From Felis catus (lineage: Eukaryota): a stretch of 64,000 nucleotides of DNA. Below, in pieces: positions 12,835-25,464 of the stretch; the stretch's first letter is position 1, and each line of letters opens with the position of its first letter. The notes below the pieces were generated by a model that saw nothing but the letters and a program-made list of their open reading frames with translations, was not told where the DNA came from and searched no databases. The stretch is from NCBI RefSeq assembly GCF_018350175.1, contig NC_058383.1, positions 8,310,001 to 8,374,000 of the forward strand, written 5' to 3'. The position numbers and the translations under genes were made by a program.

Positions 12835-12975
12835 AAAATCGGGGTAAAACACACAAAAGATAAAATTTACCATCGGAACCAGTTTTACACACACGACGCG
12901 GTGATATTAAGCACGGTCACGTTGTCAGGCAGCCTTCACCGCCGTCCACGTCCGGAACTTTCTTCGTCCTTCCAC
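12835..12975 (-). mobile_element. L1MB-like 3' end fragment
   Basis: ggtaaaacacacaaaagataaaatttaccatc...ttaagcacggtcacgttg. Confidence 0.65.
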
Positions 12976-15112
12976 TTCAACGGCAGACTTTTTAAATGGG
13001 GAAAGGAGTTTAACTGCGTGTCCTGTCTGGCGCACCCTTCTGGGTTATTTCCACCTTTTTCATTGTCTTTGAGCTGTGGGGGACAGCTCTGTAAAGTTGC
13101 ACCCAACAAGGAACAGTGCGAACAATTCTGGGCGGTATTCACATAAATTAACTGAGTCCCAGGGGATGGTAGTTGTGGCCCCGGGGATGGGCCGGTTTGC
13201 ATTTATTTGTAATTCCATTGCAGCCTTCCTCTGTTTGCCTGCATCTTGAGGATCCTTGAGTTTTCTCTGAACTGCCTGTACCATCTCACTGGTTTCCTCC
13301 CCCTTCACTGAATGCGCTACATGAAACCCGTGACGCATGTTCACTTCATACTGGTACAAGAGAGCCACGGTTTTCCTTTTGTTGGGATCTGCCCTGGAAC
13401 GACAGAATTGCTGTCTGCAGAGTCCAGGAGCTTGGTTTAGCCCCTGAGATTCTCCAGCCGAAGTCACATTCCCACGTGGGGCTGGGAGATGGGGACGCTC
13501 AGCAGGGCTGGGGATGCCGGCTGCCTCGCCCTCGCCGGCTGACGTCTGACAGATGAGAAAGTCACACAGGAGACCCCTCGGGGAGCCTGGGCCGGGCAGG
13601 CCAGGAGCCAGGGCCGGGCCTGGGGCCTCCTCAGCTCTTAAAGGCCAACTGGGAAAAGAGGTGCCAGATATAGTCCACGCTCTGTCCCCCAGCCGTCTAG
13701 TCAGCCATCTAGTCAGCGCTGGAAGGGGCCCCGAGACCATCTGGCCAGCTCACTGCCAGTGCTGCTGAGGCCCCCCAGCCGGGTTTGGTCCAGGAAAGCC
13801 CTGGGGACTTGCTGTGTGCCTGCGCCCACACTGAGCTAGTCACGTCTTCCCGACGATCCTTGGGACATCCCCGTGAGATGCGGGTACGGGCACGGCCGCC
13901 CATCAGGGGTGAACCTCCGAAGCCCGAGGAAGGTCAGGTGACCAGCCCGAGGTCACGGTGCAGCCAGATGGGCCGCAGCTAAGGGTCCCAGGCCTCCAGC
14001 CCTGTCCTTCCACCGACATTGGTGAGTCCAGAGGCAGAGACACCCTAGCGGTCCCTGTGGAACAAACTGTGCTCCCGGGGCTCCTGGCACCCGCCCAGAC
14101 AAGGGGCTTTTGTTTGGTTCAGAAGAAAGGGAGCCCTTAATGAAAAAACCAAAACAGTAAAAAGTACTTGCAGGGGAAATATAAATACCACCTGCCGGGT
14201 GGCTGTTAGCTCGCTCGGAAAAATGCATCTGTCACTGGGGGTCTTGTGGGCTGTCCTGTGTTCTTCTGCAGCTGTCTCCCGGCAGAGTGGGCAGGTCACC
14301 TTGGGCCCAGGTCTGGGCCCCTTCGGGGGGCTGTGGATGGCCGAGCTCCCCCTGCAGCTGGCTCCCATCCCGCATGGTCTCCGGCCATCTGTCTTTATGA
14401 CCTTGATGCTCCTCAAGGCCATACAAGCACGCTGGTGTGGAGCCCCCGTGGTAAAGCAGAGACGGATTCGGAGTCTCTAGGTATAGAGAGCGAACTTCTA
14501 TAGGTATAGAGAGTGAACTTAAGCCCTCGGAGCCTCATTTTCCTCACCTGGAGAATGGGGACAGTCACGCTTTTTCCCTGCGGGATGTCCTCAGCTGTGT
14601 GCCAGAGCCACCTCCCACTGGCCCACAAGAGCCGATTTCGTGCGTCCCCTCCCCTCTCCGGGATGCCCTGTTGGTCGCGGGAAGTGAGCCGTGGTGGGGG
14701 GTGGGGGGTATTCACACCCTGGAAATCTGCACACTCTCCAGATGAAGCCTCGTCCCCACGGAGCCCGTTGTCAACCGTTTGCCAGCACGTGGCTGGCGGT
14801 TGTGTGAACGCGTGGCAGGTGTTATGTGCCAGGCACTTGGGAGGCTTGTCCCTGTGGGGCGTGAGGACTTCGATGTAACGGGATGCGAGACCGCTGGGTC
14901 TGGATGGGCCGCCAAGGCTGGGGTCCCCGCCTGGAGGCTGAGACACTGGATGCCTGAGCGCCCCCTGTGCCTCTGCCCCCGGGTCAGTGCACATGTTGAA
15001 TCTAAGAGGGTAAGATTTGAACTCTTGTGGAAGCGACATCTCCTGCGCATTCCTTTTGCCAGAGACAGAGGGATCTTTGGGGAAAAGGCTTCTTGGTTTT
15101 GTTTAAAAAAAG

Positions 15113-15136
15113 ATTTTTTTTTAGCGTTCATTCGTT

Positions 15137-15171
<35 letters not shown>

Positions 15172-15340
15172 ACGAGTGGGGGAAGGGGCAGAGATAGAAA
15201 GGGAGACACAGAATCTGAAGCAGGCTCCAGGCTCGGAGCTGTCAGCACAGAGCCCGACTCGGGGCTCAAACCTGGGAACGGTGGGATCATGACCTGAGCC
15301 GAAGTCCGACGCTCAACCGACCGAGCCACCCAGGCGCCCC
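15113..15340 (-). mobile_element. CanSINE
   Basis: Consensus body and head. Confidence 0.93.
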
Positions 15341-15424
15341 TTCTCTGTTTTTTCTTATGGAAAAGGCCAGCCAGTAGAAGTAGTGCTAAAAGTAATAATG
15401 GTGACGCCCCGTCACCATTTCTTG

Positions 15425-15625
15425 GACAGCCGCTGGGTACCAGGTGTTTAGGAAACCACGGGCCTTGTTGCATTTGTCCTCCGACAAGGCAGGCCTTGTG
15501 ATCATCCCCCTTTTACGGGGGAGAAAATTAAGACACGGGGGGAGTAGTCATTCTGCTCAGAGGCGTCCAGCGGGTCCATGGCAGGGCTGGGGTCGGACGG
15601 GATCTGTCTGAGCCCTGACCTCATC
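15425..15625 (-). mobile_element. MIR remnant
   Basis: atcatcccccttttacgggggagaaaattaagacac. Confidence 0.55.
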
Positions 15626-16198
15626 TTTCTTCCTCCTCCGCAATAGGGAGTGAGAACACCTGGACAGACCAAGCTGTCCCTCACCCTATCCTGGCTGCCC
15701 GCAGAATAGCCTGCTTCCCCTCCCCTGCCCTCCCCTCCCCTCCCGTCTCCCCCCCCTCCCCACCAAACCGTCTGCTCCTCTTCCCTCCTTTATCCAAAAT
15801 TAGGCTGAACTGCTCCCGCCCCATCGTCCTGTCCATGTTGGCCCAGCGGGCCCTAGTTGTCTGCAGAGGCCCAGCTCAGAAGTCACCTCCTCTGTGAAGC
15901 ACCCCCCAACTCCCTGGGGGGGCCTGCGATGGTGGCTTTGCCCCATCAGTCAGAGTCCTCTCCACAGGACATGAAAACCACCGTGGGTCCCTGCCACTCG
16001 TCCCCCCCTTTTAGTGCCGTGCCCCCCTTTGGCTGTCTGCTGGAGCCTGTGAGTCTTTTCTCAGAATAGTGTTTTATTATGCTTTATTATTTATAATGTT
16101 TATAATGTTCTATTATTTATTTCTCAGAACCGTGCATAAAAGAATCTAGCAGGATTACGCATCACTGCAGAATACAGCTATCGAGAAAACTTTCTGAA

Positions 16199-16362
16199 GG
16201 GGTGCCTGGGTGGCTCAGTAGGTTGAGCGTCTGACTCTTGATTTCGACTCAGGTCATGATCTCACAGTTCGTGGGATCGAGCCCTGCATGAGGCTGTGAT
16301 GAAGACAGTGTGGAGCCTGCCTAAGATGCTCTCTTTCCCTCTCTCTCTGCCCCTCCCTGGCT

Positions 16363-16411
<49 letters not shown>

Positions 16412-16448
16412 AATAAATGGACACTAAAAAAAAAATTAAAAAAGAAAC
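16199..16448 (+). mobile_element. CanSINE, within a possible old DNA-transposon remnant
   Basis: ggggtgcctgggtggctcagtaggttgagcgtctgact, then (CT)n and A-tail. Confidence 0.93.
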
Positions 16449-17454
16449 AAACTCTTTTTGAAAATACAGATGGTAGACGGAATAACACATCACCCAAGTA
16501 ACAAGATCCACCCACCGGTGGGCTTGATGTCTCCCGGAATTTCAAAGCAGTGATGAGGGAAAATGGTTTTCCTAGCTGGCTGCAACAATTGTAAAGTCTG
16601 CGAATTCTGTAGGGAGCAAATAGGGAACAAGGTACAGGCACAGCTTCTGCATCGTTGCTGTTGTTGGGACCGGGCTCCTACCGCAAAGAAATGCTGCGCT
16701 TCAATTAGAGGTTGGTGCAAATAAATAATTCTCTTTCCCGGCACTGTTCACAAACTCCTGATTTCCATCCTCGCGTCAGGGACAGAAGGGGCTCCTCGCG
16801 GGCCAGGACTGGGTTTTGTCCTCATTTCCAGTACTTTGAGGCACGCCTGGTTTGGACCATGCAGACAAGTCGAATACAGGAACCAGAGGGCTTGTTGAAT
16901 GAGTGAGTGAGTGAATTAAGGAAAGGAAGGTGGGGGGGGGGCAGACCGAGCTCCCCCCCAGGCTCGGGTCCTCCCGCTGCACTGGTTTTAATAGCATGAA
17001 TGTGACTTGGCTGGACCTGGCACCGTGCGTGAGGCGGGGGGGGGGGGGGCACGTTCCTATCTGCTGAGAGCGAGACCCTCGGTCTGAATCAGTGTCTGTC
17101 AGGTGCGGCCCCGCACTGGCTGTGATTCATCCCCTCGTGCGGGGAGAGGGGCTGCGCTCATCTCGCCTCGCCTCCCCTCTGCTTCCGAACCTTCCTCCTG
17201 GCAAATGCAGCCTGAAGGAGCTGCTGTGGTTTTAGAAATTAATTCACCGGATACTCTTCTGGTCTGGAGAGAAAAAGATACGCAGTGTTGTCTTAAAGAG
17301 GCATTACAGGATCCGCTGAGAATGTGAGGCTATCAGGGAGCCACCCCGGGAGAGGAGGCACCAATCCCAGCTGTCACTCCCAGTGTTTGGAGCCATGGCC
17401 TGCGGCTCAGGGAGCAGCGGGTCCATCCTATTTCGTCTTTATCTTATTTTGGCT

Positions 17455-17670
17455 GACCTGTGCCAAGAGCCTCCTGTACCAGGCACTGGGCTGAGCCCTT
17501 TATAAGCATTTGATCTTCCCTGAATCCCTGAAACAATCCTGAGAGACTGGGATCATTCTGTAGAGGAGACAAGTCATCTCTCGAAGTGGAGAGAAGTTGC
17601 CCTTAGCTCACCCAGCTAGTAAGTGCCTGGGTTGGGAATTGAACCCGTAACCTGTGCCCTGAACCACTAA
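17455..17670 (-). mobile_element. MIR remnant
   Basis: ccaggcactgggctgagccctttata...cagctagtaagtg...gggaattgaaccc. Confidence 0.65.
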
Positions 17671-18699
17671 GCTGTGCAGCTCAAATCTCGTCGGCGGCCC
17701 CTGTGAATGCTGAATGCTTGAAGATTAAAAGGGGAGTAAGACCCACTACTTGTACCCAGCAAGGGGCCGGACGCAGAGGCAGATAAACCGGACGCGGTCC
17801 GATCTGTGCTGTAATGGAGGAGGGCCAGGAGCTGGGGCTGGGGAGGGCTCCTCCGAGCACCGGGCACGGGGTGGGAACTTGGTGAGCGTTGGGCAAGCAC
17901 CCTGTGCCTGTCAGCCCGGTTCCCTCATCTGCAGCACACCCCTGAGTTGTTCCTGATGCTGGTTTGTGTTCAGAGAGAAAGAACTCTCCCAGACAAGCCT
18001 ACAGAAGTGTGTTCTTGACGTGTGCATCACTGGCTTTGGGGAAATCCCAGCGGACGTGTTCCCACGACAAAGGCTGTTGTGTTTTGGAGACACGGGCTGG
18101 AGACGGAATTTGGGGGGTTTGCAAACTCAAGGGAGGCAGAGGGGCCAGGCTGGCTCCCCGGGCAGGGCACCCCCCAAGAATCTGGTCTCCACGGAGCTCT
18201 GTCAGGCACGGGTGTAAACCGATCCCCGCACAGCAACTGCGCATTAATGAAAGTTTTGACAGAGAGATTTCATTTTGGAACTCACATTCCCTGAAGGGTT
18301 TGTAATAATTGCACTTGAAATGGAGCCATTTGGCCTCAATGCTTTCCAGATTGGGGGCGCAGAGGTATGCTCCTTCCTGGGAAGGCCAGGCTGGGGAGCG
18401 GGAGGCCGCGGGACGTGCCGCCCCAGGGGGAGTCCCCAGCCCCTCTCTGTGTGGATGCAGGGCCCGTGGCTGGCCCGGGACCTTGTCTCCAGAGCTGTGA
18501 TCTCCATGTCCTTACAGCCATGCTGGTGACGGGCTAGCTGGGGTCTGTGTCACAGACTGAGTGGGGACAGATGGGGGCCTCCTGACCTGGGTTTCTTCTT
18601 CCTGGCCCCAGAAATGCACGGGGGAAGGTCTGCCTCCCAGCACCGTGTCCTTATGTGATCTGTCCTCAGGTATGTGGGGCCTTTCCCCAAGTCGACTTC

Positions 18700-19090
18700 T
18701 GCCTACCTTGGGGGACAGCCACTGCACAGGGCAACTTCTGGCCTCCCCCCGCCTCTCTGGCTGCCTCTGGCCCCCTTCTCCCTCCACCTCAGGGCCTTTG
18801 CACTTACTGTCTTCTCCAGCTGAGACACTCCTATTGGGCTTTCTAACGGGGTGGCCCCTGCCCCTGCCTCCCACTTTGCCTGTTCTTTTCTTCTGCTTTA
18901 TTTCTCCCCATGGCATTTAGAACCCCCAACATACTAGTACTATGTAATCGGCTTAACTATTATGCTAATTATCTTCTGTCCACTGGAATGTAGATCCCTC
19001 TAGAGTTTTGTCTCCTGTGTTCCCTGTTGTGTCCCGTTACTCCAAAAATATCTGGAGAATGAATGAGTGAATGAATGCACGAACAAAATG
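18700..19090 (+). mobile_element. L2 3' fragment
   Basis: cctcagggcctttgcacttactgtc, cactggaatgtagatccctc and terminal gaatgaatgagtgaatgaatg. Confidence 0.7.
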
Positions 19091-19559
19091 GGACCAGACG
19101 TCGTGAAAGGTGACCTTGTGCCACACATGTGGGAGAGGTTAGTGGAGCGGCCACCAAGGTGGCCAGATCCCGCCAGATTCAAGGAAGCTTGTTTTAACAC
19201 ATCAGTCTGGGTCTGTTTTGCTTCAAGTCTGCTCTTCATTGAAGCCAATACACATGGCTTCGTCCTCCTGCCCCTGGAGTCACAGGGAGTGAGGCAGGGC
19301 TCCACAGCTCCTCGTAGGCCCGTGTGTGTTCCCCTCAGCCTGGGAGGAGGCAAGGCTGGATGATCACTCCACTTCGCAGATGGGGAAACTGAGGTTCAGA
19401 GGTTAAGGAAGATCTGGTCCATCAGAGTTGGCGCTTGGGGACCATACAGATCACTAAGTCTAGGGCCTTCCTTAGAACCCTTGACCTGACCACGGGGCTG
19501 GAGAAGGGGTACCCAGTGAGGCAGCTTTGGGGGAGGAGAAAGCCAAGGGTGCAGGCAGA

Positions 19560-19710
19560 TGTGGGTTCAAGTCCTGAATGATGACAGTTCCCAGCAGTAA
19601 GACAGGGTGAGTCACTTCACCTTCTCAGTTAGAATGGAGATAATTATGCTTTGCTCACAGGGTTGTAGGAAGGACAAAATGACATCACATTTATGAAATG
19701 CCTGTGTAAG
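19560..19710 (+). mobile_element. MIR remnant
   Basis: gggttcaagtcctg...gagtcacttcacctt...aatggagataat...ctcacagggttgt. Confidence 0.65.
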
Positions 19711-19735
19711 CTGATGAGCCTTATGCCAAACGGAA

Positions 19736-19798
19736 TTTTTTTTAAGTTTATTTATTTATTTTGAGAGAGAGAGAGTGCATGCAGGAAGAGCAGAGAGA

Positions 19799-19845
<47 letters not shown>

Positions 19846-19969
19846 CCCAAGCAGGCTCCGCATGGTCAGTGAGGAGCTGGATTCAGGGCTCAAACCCATG
19901 AACCATGAGATAATGACCTGAGCTGAAATCAAGAGTTGGATGGCCAACCGACTGAGCCACCAGATGCCT
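19736..19969 (-). mobile_element. CanSINE with long (GA)n
   Basis: TSD-like ccaaacggaatt on both sides. Confidence 0.93.
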
Positions 19970-20259
19970 CACCAAACGGAATTCTGGCGAGGGTTCTCAG
20001 CACTGGTGTGGTTTCGTGCTGGGAAGCTGACCTTGGCTCCCACCAGCAGGGAAGGTTCTACTGACAGCCAGTTCCCTGTAGGAGGGGGGCCACCTCCCTG
20101 CTTTCTTGGATTCATCTGTAGGCCTTCAGCAATAAGAGATAGGAGCCGAACGCACACCAGGGGAGTCCTACAACCAAACTGCAAAAAGGTTGCTTGGAGT
20201 TGGCCTCAGGATGAATGGGAACCAGCAAGCCCCTCCACCGTCCTCCCAGATCTCTCTCT

Positions 20260-20615
20260 GTCCCTCATCTTGGGGTCTTTCCCTGGAGTGTGCCCCATTC
20301 AGTACCTTGGAGGAGCCTCTCCCCCAGCACAGAGCACAGCATAAGTGATGCAAACTCACGGCCTTACTGCTCAGGGCCCAAGAGGAGAAGGGGTTCTTCC
20401 CCATGCTGGAAAAGGAAAAACTCACAGGGAAGGATTCTGATTGGCTCAGCTGGGTCACGTGCCCACCTGGCTCCCCCCTTGAGCCAGGGGGCAGGGCTGT
20501 GTAAGGGGATGGCCCCTCCCATTTCCAGAGTCGGGAGGATGAAGGCCTGTCACTGGACTAAAGGGGTGCTATTGCCTGAAGATGGGGAGGGGGTGCTGGA
20601 AAGCAAGCAATGAAC
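20260..20615 (-). mobile_element. Old MLT1-like LTR remnant
   Basis: ggattctgattggctcagctgggtcacgtgcccacc motif typical of MLT1 LTRs. Confidence 0.5.
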
Positions 20616-20742
20616 GTGCCCCCTGGTGCAGATGCCATTATCCTAGAAACTGTTATGTGAGAAGTGGACCCTGCAGACGTGGTCGGGAAGCACCTTTATT
20701 ACAGTTTCCTCTGTTCCGTTTAAAATGTACTCAAGCAGGGAG

Positions 20743-20966
20743 TTTTTTTTGGTTTTTGTTTTTAATTTTTTTAATGTTTTAATTTATTTTTGAGAGAGAG
20801 AGAGAGAGAGAGAACAGGGCAGGAGCAGAGAGATAGGGAGACACAATCAGAAGCAGGCTCCAAGCTGTCAGTGCAGAGCCTGACACGGGGCTCGAACCCA
20901 CAAACCGCGAGATCATGACCTGAGCTGAAGTTGGATGCTTAACCAACTGAGCCACCCAGGCGCCCC
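20743..20966 (-). mobile_element. CanSINE
   Basis: TSD aagcagggagtttt / aagaagggagtttt. Confidence 0.93.
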
Positions 20967-21753
20967 AAGAAGGGAGTTTTATCCCTGCTCTCCAGCAGAA
21001 ACTGGGCATCCCCATGACATCTCTGGCCCTTCAGTAGGTAATAGAAAGCTTGACAGTCCCTTAAAGTCCCAAACTCAGTCTCAGTTCCTTAACCAGAAAT
21101 GTCTGCTTCCGTGCCACAATTGAAACTCCAAACTTGCTTTAAAGGGACATCCGCCCCCTTCCCCAGTTGGGGCCCGCTGCGGGCTGGCTGCTCAGAGGGG
21201 GTGGTCACTTGTGCCTTCTCTGCCTCATTGCCACTCCAGCCCCCCACAGCTGCAGGGTTGAGATGGGGTCCCAGGCGAGGCGAGGCTGGAAGAGCAGGAG
21301 GGTGTCTCCCGCACTCGGGAAGCCTCTCAACCCTTTTATTATCTTCGATGGGGCAAGTTGCCCACTAGGTTCTGGTCACCTGCTTCCACCTTTCTGCATG
21401 GTGGCTTGTTTCTGAGTTCACTTTGGTATTGGACCGCTTAGGGCTCCGGTGGGAATTCCCGGCTGACGGCTGATTCGCCACGGAAGCGATACCTCGGTGC
21501 GTGAACGCTTTCTCTCTGCTGGACACCGTGTGGACACTGTGCAAGTTCTCTGGCCGGGTCCTTCCAGCAACATCATGAAGCGCGCCTTACCATGTTACAT
21601 GACATGACATTCTGTTAAAGTTCAGGTGCACTATGTAATTATATAACATACAGCAGCGTAATGATACGTATAGTATTGTGATCGTTACCCCTGTTTGCAG
21701 ATAACATAGCGGAAAGTCAGAGACGTTGAGTAGCTTACCAAAGCCTACACAGC

Positions 21754-21972
21754 GGGGCACTTGAGTGGCTCAGTGGACTTCAGCTCAGGTCATGATCTCG
21801 CGGTGTGTGGGTTCAAGCCCCGTGACGGGCTCTGTGCTGACAGCTTGGAGCCTGGAGCCTGCTTCGGATCCTGTGTCTCCCTCTCTTTCTGCCCCTCCCC
21901 TGCTCATGCTCTGTCTCTCTATCTCTCTCTCTGTCAAAAATAAACATTAAAAAAATTAAAAACAAAAAACAA
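21754..21972 (+). mobile_element. CanSINE inserted into a MIR
   Basis: TSD ccaaagcctacacagc / ccaaaggctacacagc. Confidence 0.92.
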
Positions 21973-24857
21973 CCCCCCCCCAAAACCCCAAAGGCTACAC
22001 AGCTAATAAGTGGCCAGCAGAAATCAGGCCTTTGACTTGCCTGGCAAACTTTTCTGCCTTGATCCTAGTAGTGGCAGGGTGAGCGCAAGATCTGCCTCTC
22101 TCCAAAGTTCATTTGGTAGGAAGTGTTCCTGCCTGTGGGGGCAGAGGTGGCCTGGAGGCTCTGGCACAGTCTGAGTGGCTGAGCTGCACCTTGCTGGACG
22201 GAGCAAACCACCCCCCTCCCTCTCCAGTCTCAGAGGATCTCAGGGCTCCCCTGGGAGTTGATGTGCTGTGGAGGGGTGTGTAAAGATGCCCGGTGGGGAC
22301 CTCCCTGTCACTGGCCGACAGACGTGCCCAGGGCTTGGGCATCGGGGACCCAGAACCACACAGAAAGGTGGCCCAGTGGGCATGGAACCGGGCCTGGTGG
22401 GCTGGTGGCATCTTCTCCAGGTCACAGCGAGGCCCAAGGAGCCCGGCCGTATGCAGAGACCCCTGATCTGTCTTCCGGCAGCAAACCCCATGATCACAGA
22501 CTTGCGGGGGGCTCCTTTTGGGCGTTCGGTCTCCCTCGGAGCCACGGGTGTCTTTAATGTCCCTGGTGTGAGCTGGCCACCTGCAGACGCTGGTCCAGCA
22601 GCATCGGACCTCTGGGGTGGGGCCCTCTTCCTCGTTAGAAGCAGATTCGTCCTACGGGGCCCAGGAGCGGGGCCTCATATCCGGAGGCGTTTTATTTTTA
22701 TTCTTATTACAAAGAAAATTGCCCTGGTCATCTACACGAGGCAGTTAAAGATGGTTTAGGAATCTGCCAACTGAAATAAGCCTGCAGGATTAGGGACGAG
22801 ATGGGTCGGTGGCCGTGAGGGCTGTTGGCCCGGAGACCGGCACACATCCCCATGGCTGGCCTGTCCCAGCTCCCACTGCCACCCTGCTGGGCATGGGAGC
22901 TCAGAGGTATCACCCCCTGGAGGTGGCCCCTTTGTCCTAGATTCGCCAGGCCCCTTCTCCAGGACACCTACCCTGGTCTGTCCAGACGGAAGCCAGGCTG
23001 TCGGCAGGAGCTGCCCCTCTTCTTGGCCCTGCCACTCTGCCTGCCGTTTCTGCCCCAGGCCCAGATGCCCAGCTCGGCCGCATGTTCCATTTTGTCAGGC
23101 CGGTCACTGGCTTCATCCCCACAGGCCTTACCGCAGAGCCTTGTCCCAGTGCTGCTCAGACTCTCGTGGGTGTGAGAGCGTGTGCGCACATAGGCCGTGT
23201 ATATGCGGGTTGTGCGTGCACACAGTGGGTGAGTGTGCATGGGCCGTGTGTGCATGGTTCTGTTTAGTTCAGAGCAGAAAACAAAGCAGCATTTTCTCTC
23301 TAGAAAAATAAGTACGCATGGGATATATCACCCCTGCCAAAGCCTTCGGGGTCGTTTGGCCCAATCACCCTTTTTCAGATGGGGAAACTGAGGCTCAGAG
23401 GATGGGGCATTCCATATCAGCTGGCTCCTGACTCAGAAACTCCTTCAAAGCTGGAGACTGAGCCTGCTAAGGGACCAGTGACTGCCAGGGAAGAGGTAGG
23501 GCTTGGGCAGGACTGGGGCTGGAGCCCTGCCATCCCTGGGAACCCATGAACGGGGCCTTGCAGCTGCAGCCTAGGAGGGCTGCTTGACTGGGAGCCCCCT
23601 TCTTGGGCCCAGTGTGGGTGGGCGGTTCAGCCCACGAGTTCTTGGGGAACGAGCCCTCCCCTTGGCATGCCCGCCAAGTGGCTGTCTACCCTCCCCCCGG
23701 GCGGCCTTCCCCAGAAGGGCCAACCTGCTTGCTCTGCCCCAGGGCAGACACTGCCTGTGCTTCCTCCTCCCCCACCCAGGGTGAACTGCCTGGGGCCTTC
23801 TGTGGCTCCCCAGGGCCCCGCCTGCCTGCTTCCCCCAGAACTGCCTTAGTTTGGCCACCCCGCCTAAGGACAAGGCCGGGACCATGCGGTCCCTCCCGTT
23901 CCATGGCTTTTTTTGTTATTTTCTCAGGCATCTATGATGGGGCCTCATCCGGGGCTCCCCCCAGTTGCAGTGGCAGAAACAGAGCCTCAAGTAGGGAGCT
24001 TCAAAGCCAGCAATGGGAACTCTCATCCTTCGGCCCAAAATCGGGGGCTGAGAGCAGTGAGGTGGCTACCGTTCAGGGAGCTGGGCTGGAGGCTGCGATG
24101 TGTCTCCTTCTCCGAGAGAGGTGGGTGCAGAAGCCCTCCTTCGGGCTGTTGAACACAGCACCGGGGCTGTTGAGGAAACTGGTTTGGGCCACAATGGCTC
24201 TGCTGTTTCCTGCGTCCCAGGACATTTGCAGCACTTTGTGGGAAGGGGACCGTGTGCGAGGTGCCAGCTGACACTTTCTCTCCGCAGCCAGCCCAGGAGG
24301 CGGGGAGGCAGCTCTGAGCAGATCCAGGCATCTGTCTCCTGCCGACCCCACCTTCCCAGTGCCTCCGGGCTCACCCTCCGTGAGAGCCGGTGCCTCCCTC
24401 TCTGCCACAGGCTGACTCCTCACACTGAGACTTAGCGATCAGGGCCCTGTACCCTCCCCATCTATGCTATTCCTGATTCGGGGGGCTTTCAGCCACGTTC
24501 TCTCCACTCCAGAGGCTCCAGCATTTCTGTCGGTCGGGGTGACGCCCATGTAGCTGCTGAGAAGCCACATGCGTGCTGGTGCTGGGGTCTGGGATTCACC
24601 AGACGTCTCCCCCTCGGCTGCTTCTCTGGTCCTTCTCCAGGGCTCTGAGCGGTTGGCAGGGCACAGAGGATTTTATGATTTTTTTTTTTTTTTTTTTTTT
24701 TACTTACTCATTTCACACGTGAGGCCCCTAAGCTCAGAGGAATTCAGTGACTTGCCCACAGTCCCCAGCCACCAAGTGCGGGAGCCCGGGTTCTTGACTG
24801 TTGTCCAGATTCTCTGGTTGCAGCTGGGGCTTGGACCTACTGTCGTCCCTGCCTGCG

Positions 24858-24888
<31 letters not shown>

Positions 24889-24978
24889 CGGCCTGTGTGT
24901 GCCTGTGTGTCCATCCATATGTGTGGATGGGCCCGAGTGGGTCTGGGTGTGCCTGTGTGTGAGCACCGTGTGTGCGTG
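24858..24978. repeat. (TG)n microsatellite with degenerate extension
   Basis: Directly visible. Confidence 0.85.
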
Positions 24979-25259
24979 ATGGCCCTTCCACTGCTGTTCA
25001 GGAACCGCCCGGCCCTGGGGAGCCACAGCCTGTGATCTGTGTCCCGCCCTGAAGCCTTTCTGGCATTTTTGCAAGTGGGACTCCCTTGGGCGGCTCTGGG
25101 AAGTCGGGGCAGAACATCCCGTAGAACAAAGGAGGGTGAACAGCAGTCTTTTCTGGGGACTCCCGTCCCAGGTCCGAGCCTCTCATGCCGGGTGTGTGGG
25201 GTGGGGCAGCAGGTCGGGCACCACAGGCTGAGGAGTCCTCTGGGTTTTGTCATCTCTCT

Positions 25260-25464
25260 CTTTTTTTAATTTTTAAGTCTTTATTTATTTTTGAGAGAGA
25301 GGGAGAGAGAGAGACCAAGACGGAGTGCAAGCGGGGAGGGGCCGAGAGAGGGGGAGACACAAAATCCAAAGCAGGCTCCAGGCGCAGGGCTTGAACTCAC
25401 GAACCATGAGATTATGACCTGAGCCGAAGTCGGATGCTTAACCGACTAAGCCAGCCAGGCGCCC
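25260..25464 (-). mobile_element. CanSINE with internal deletion
   Basis: TSD-like gggttttgtca(t/c)ctct. Confidence 0.9.

Noticed and set aside
16597..16609. TCTGCGAATTCTG, resembling the recalled 3' end of the CPEB3 HDV-like ribozyme
   Set aside because: The upstream helices of the ribozyme are absent; a short chance match.
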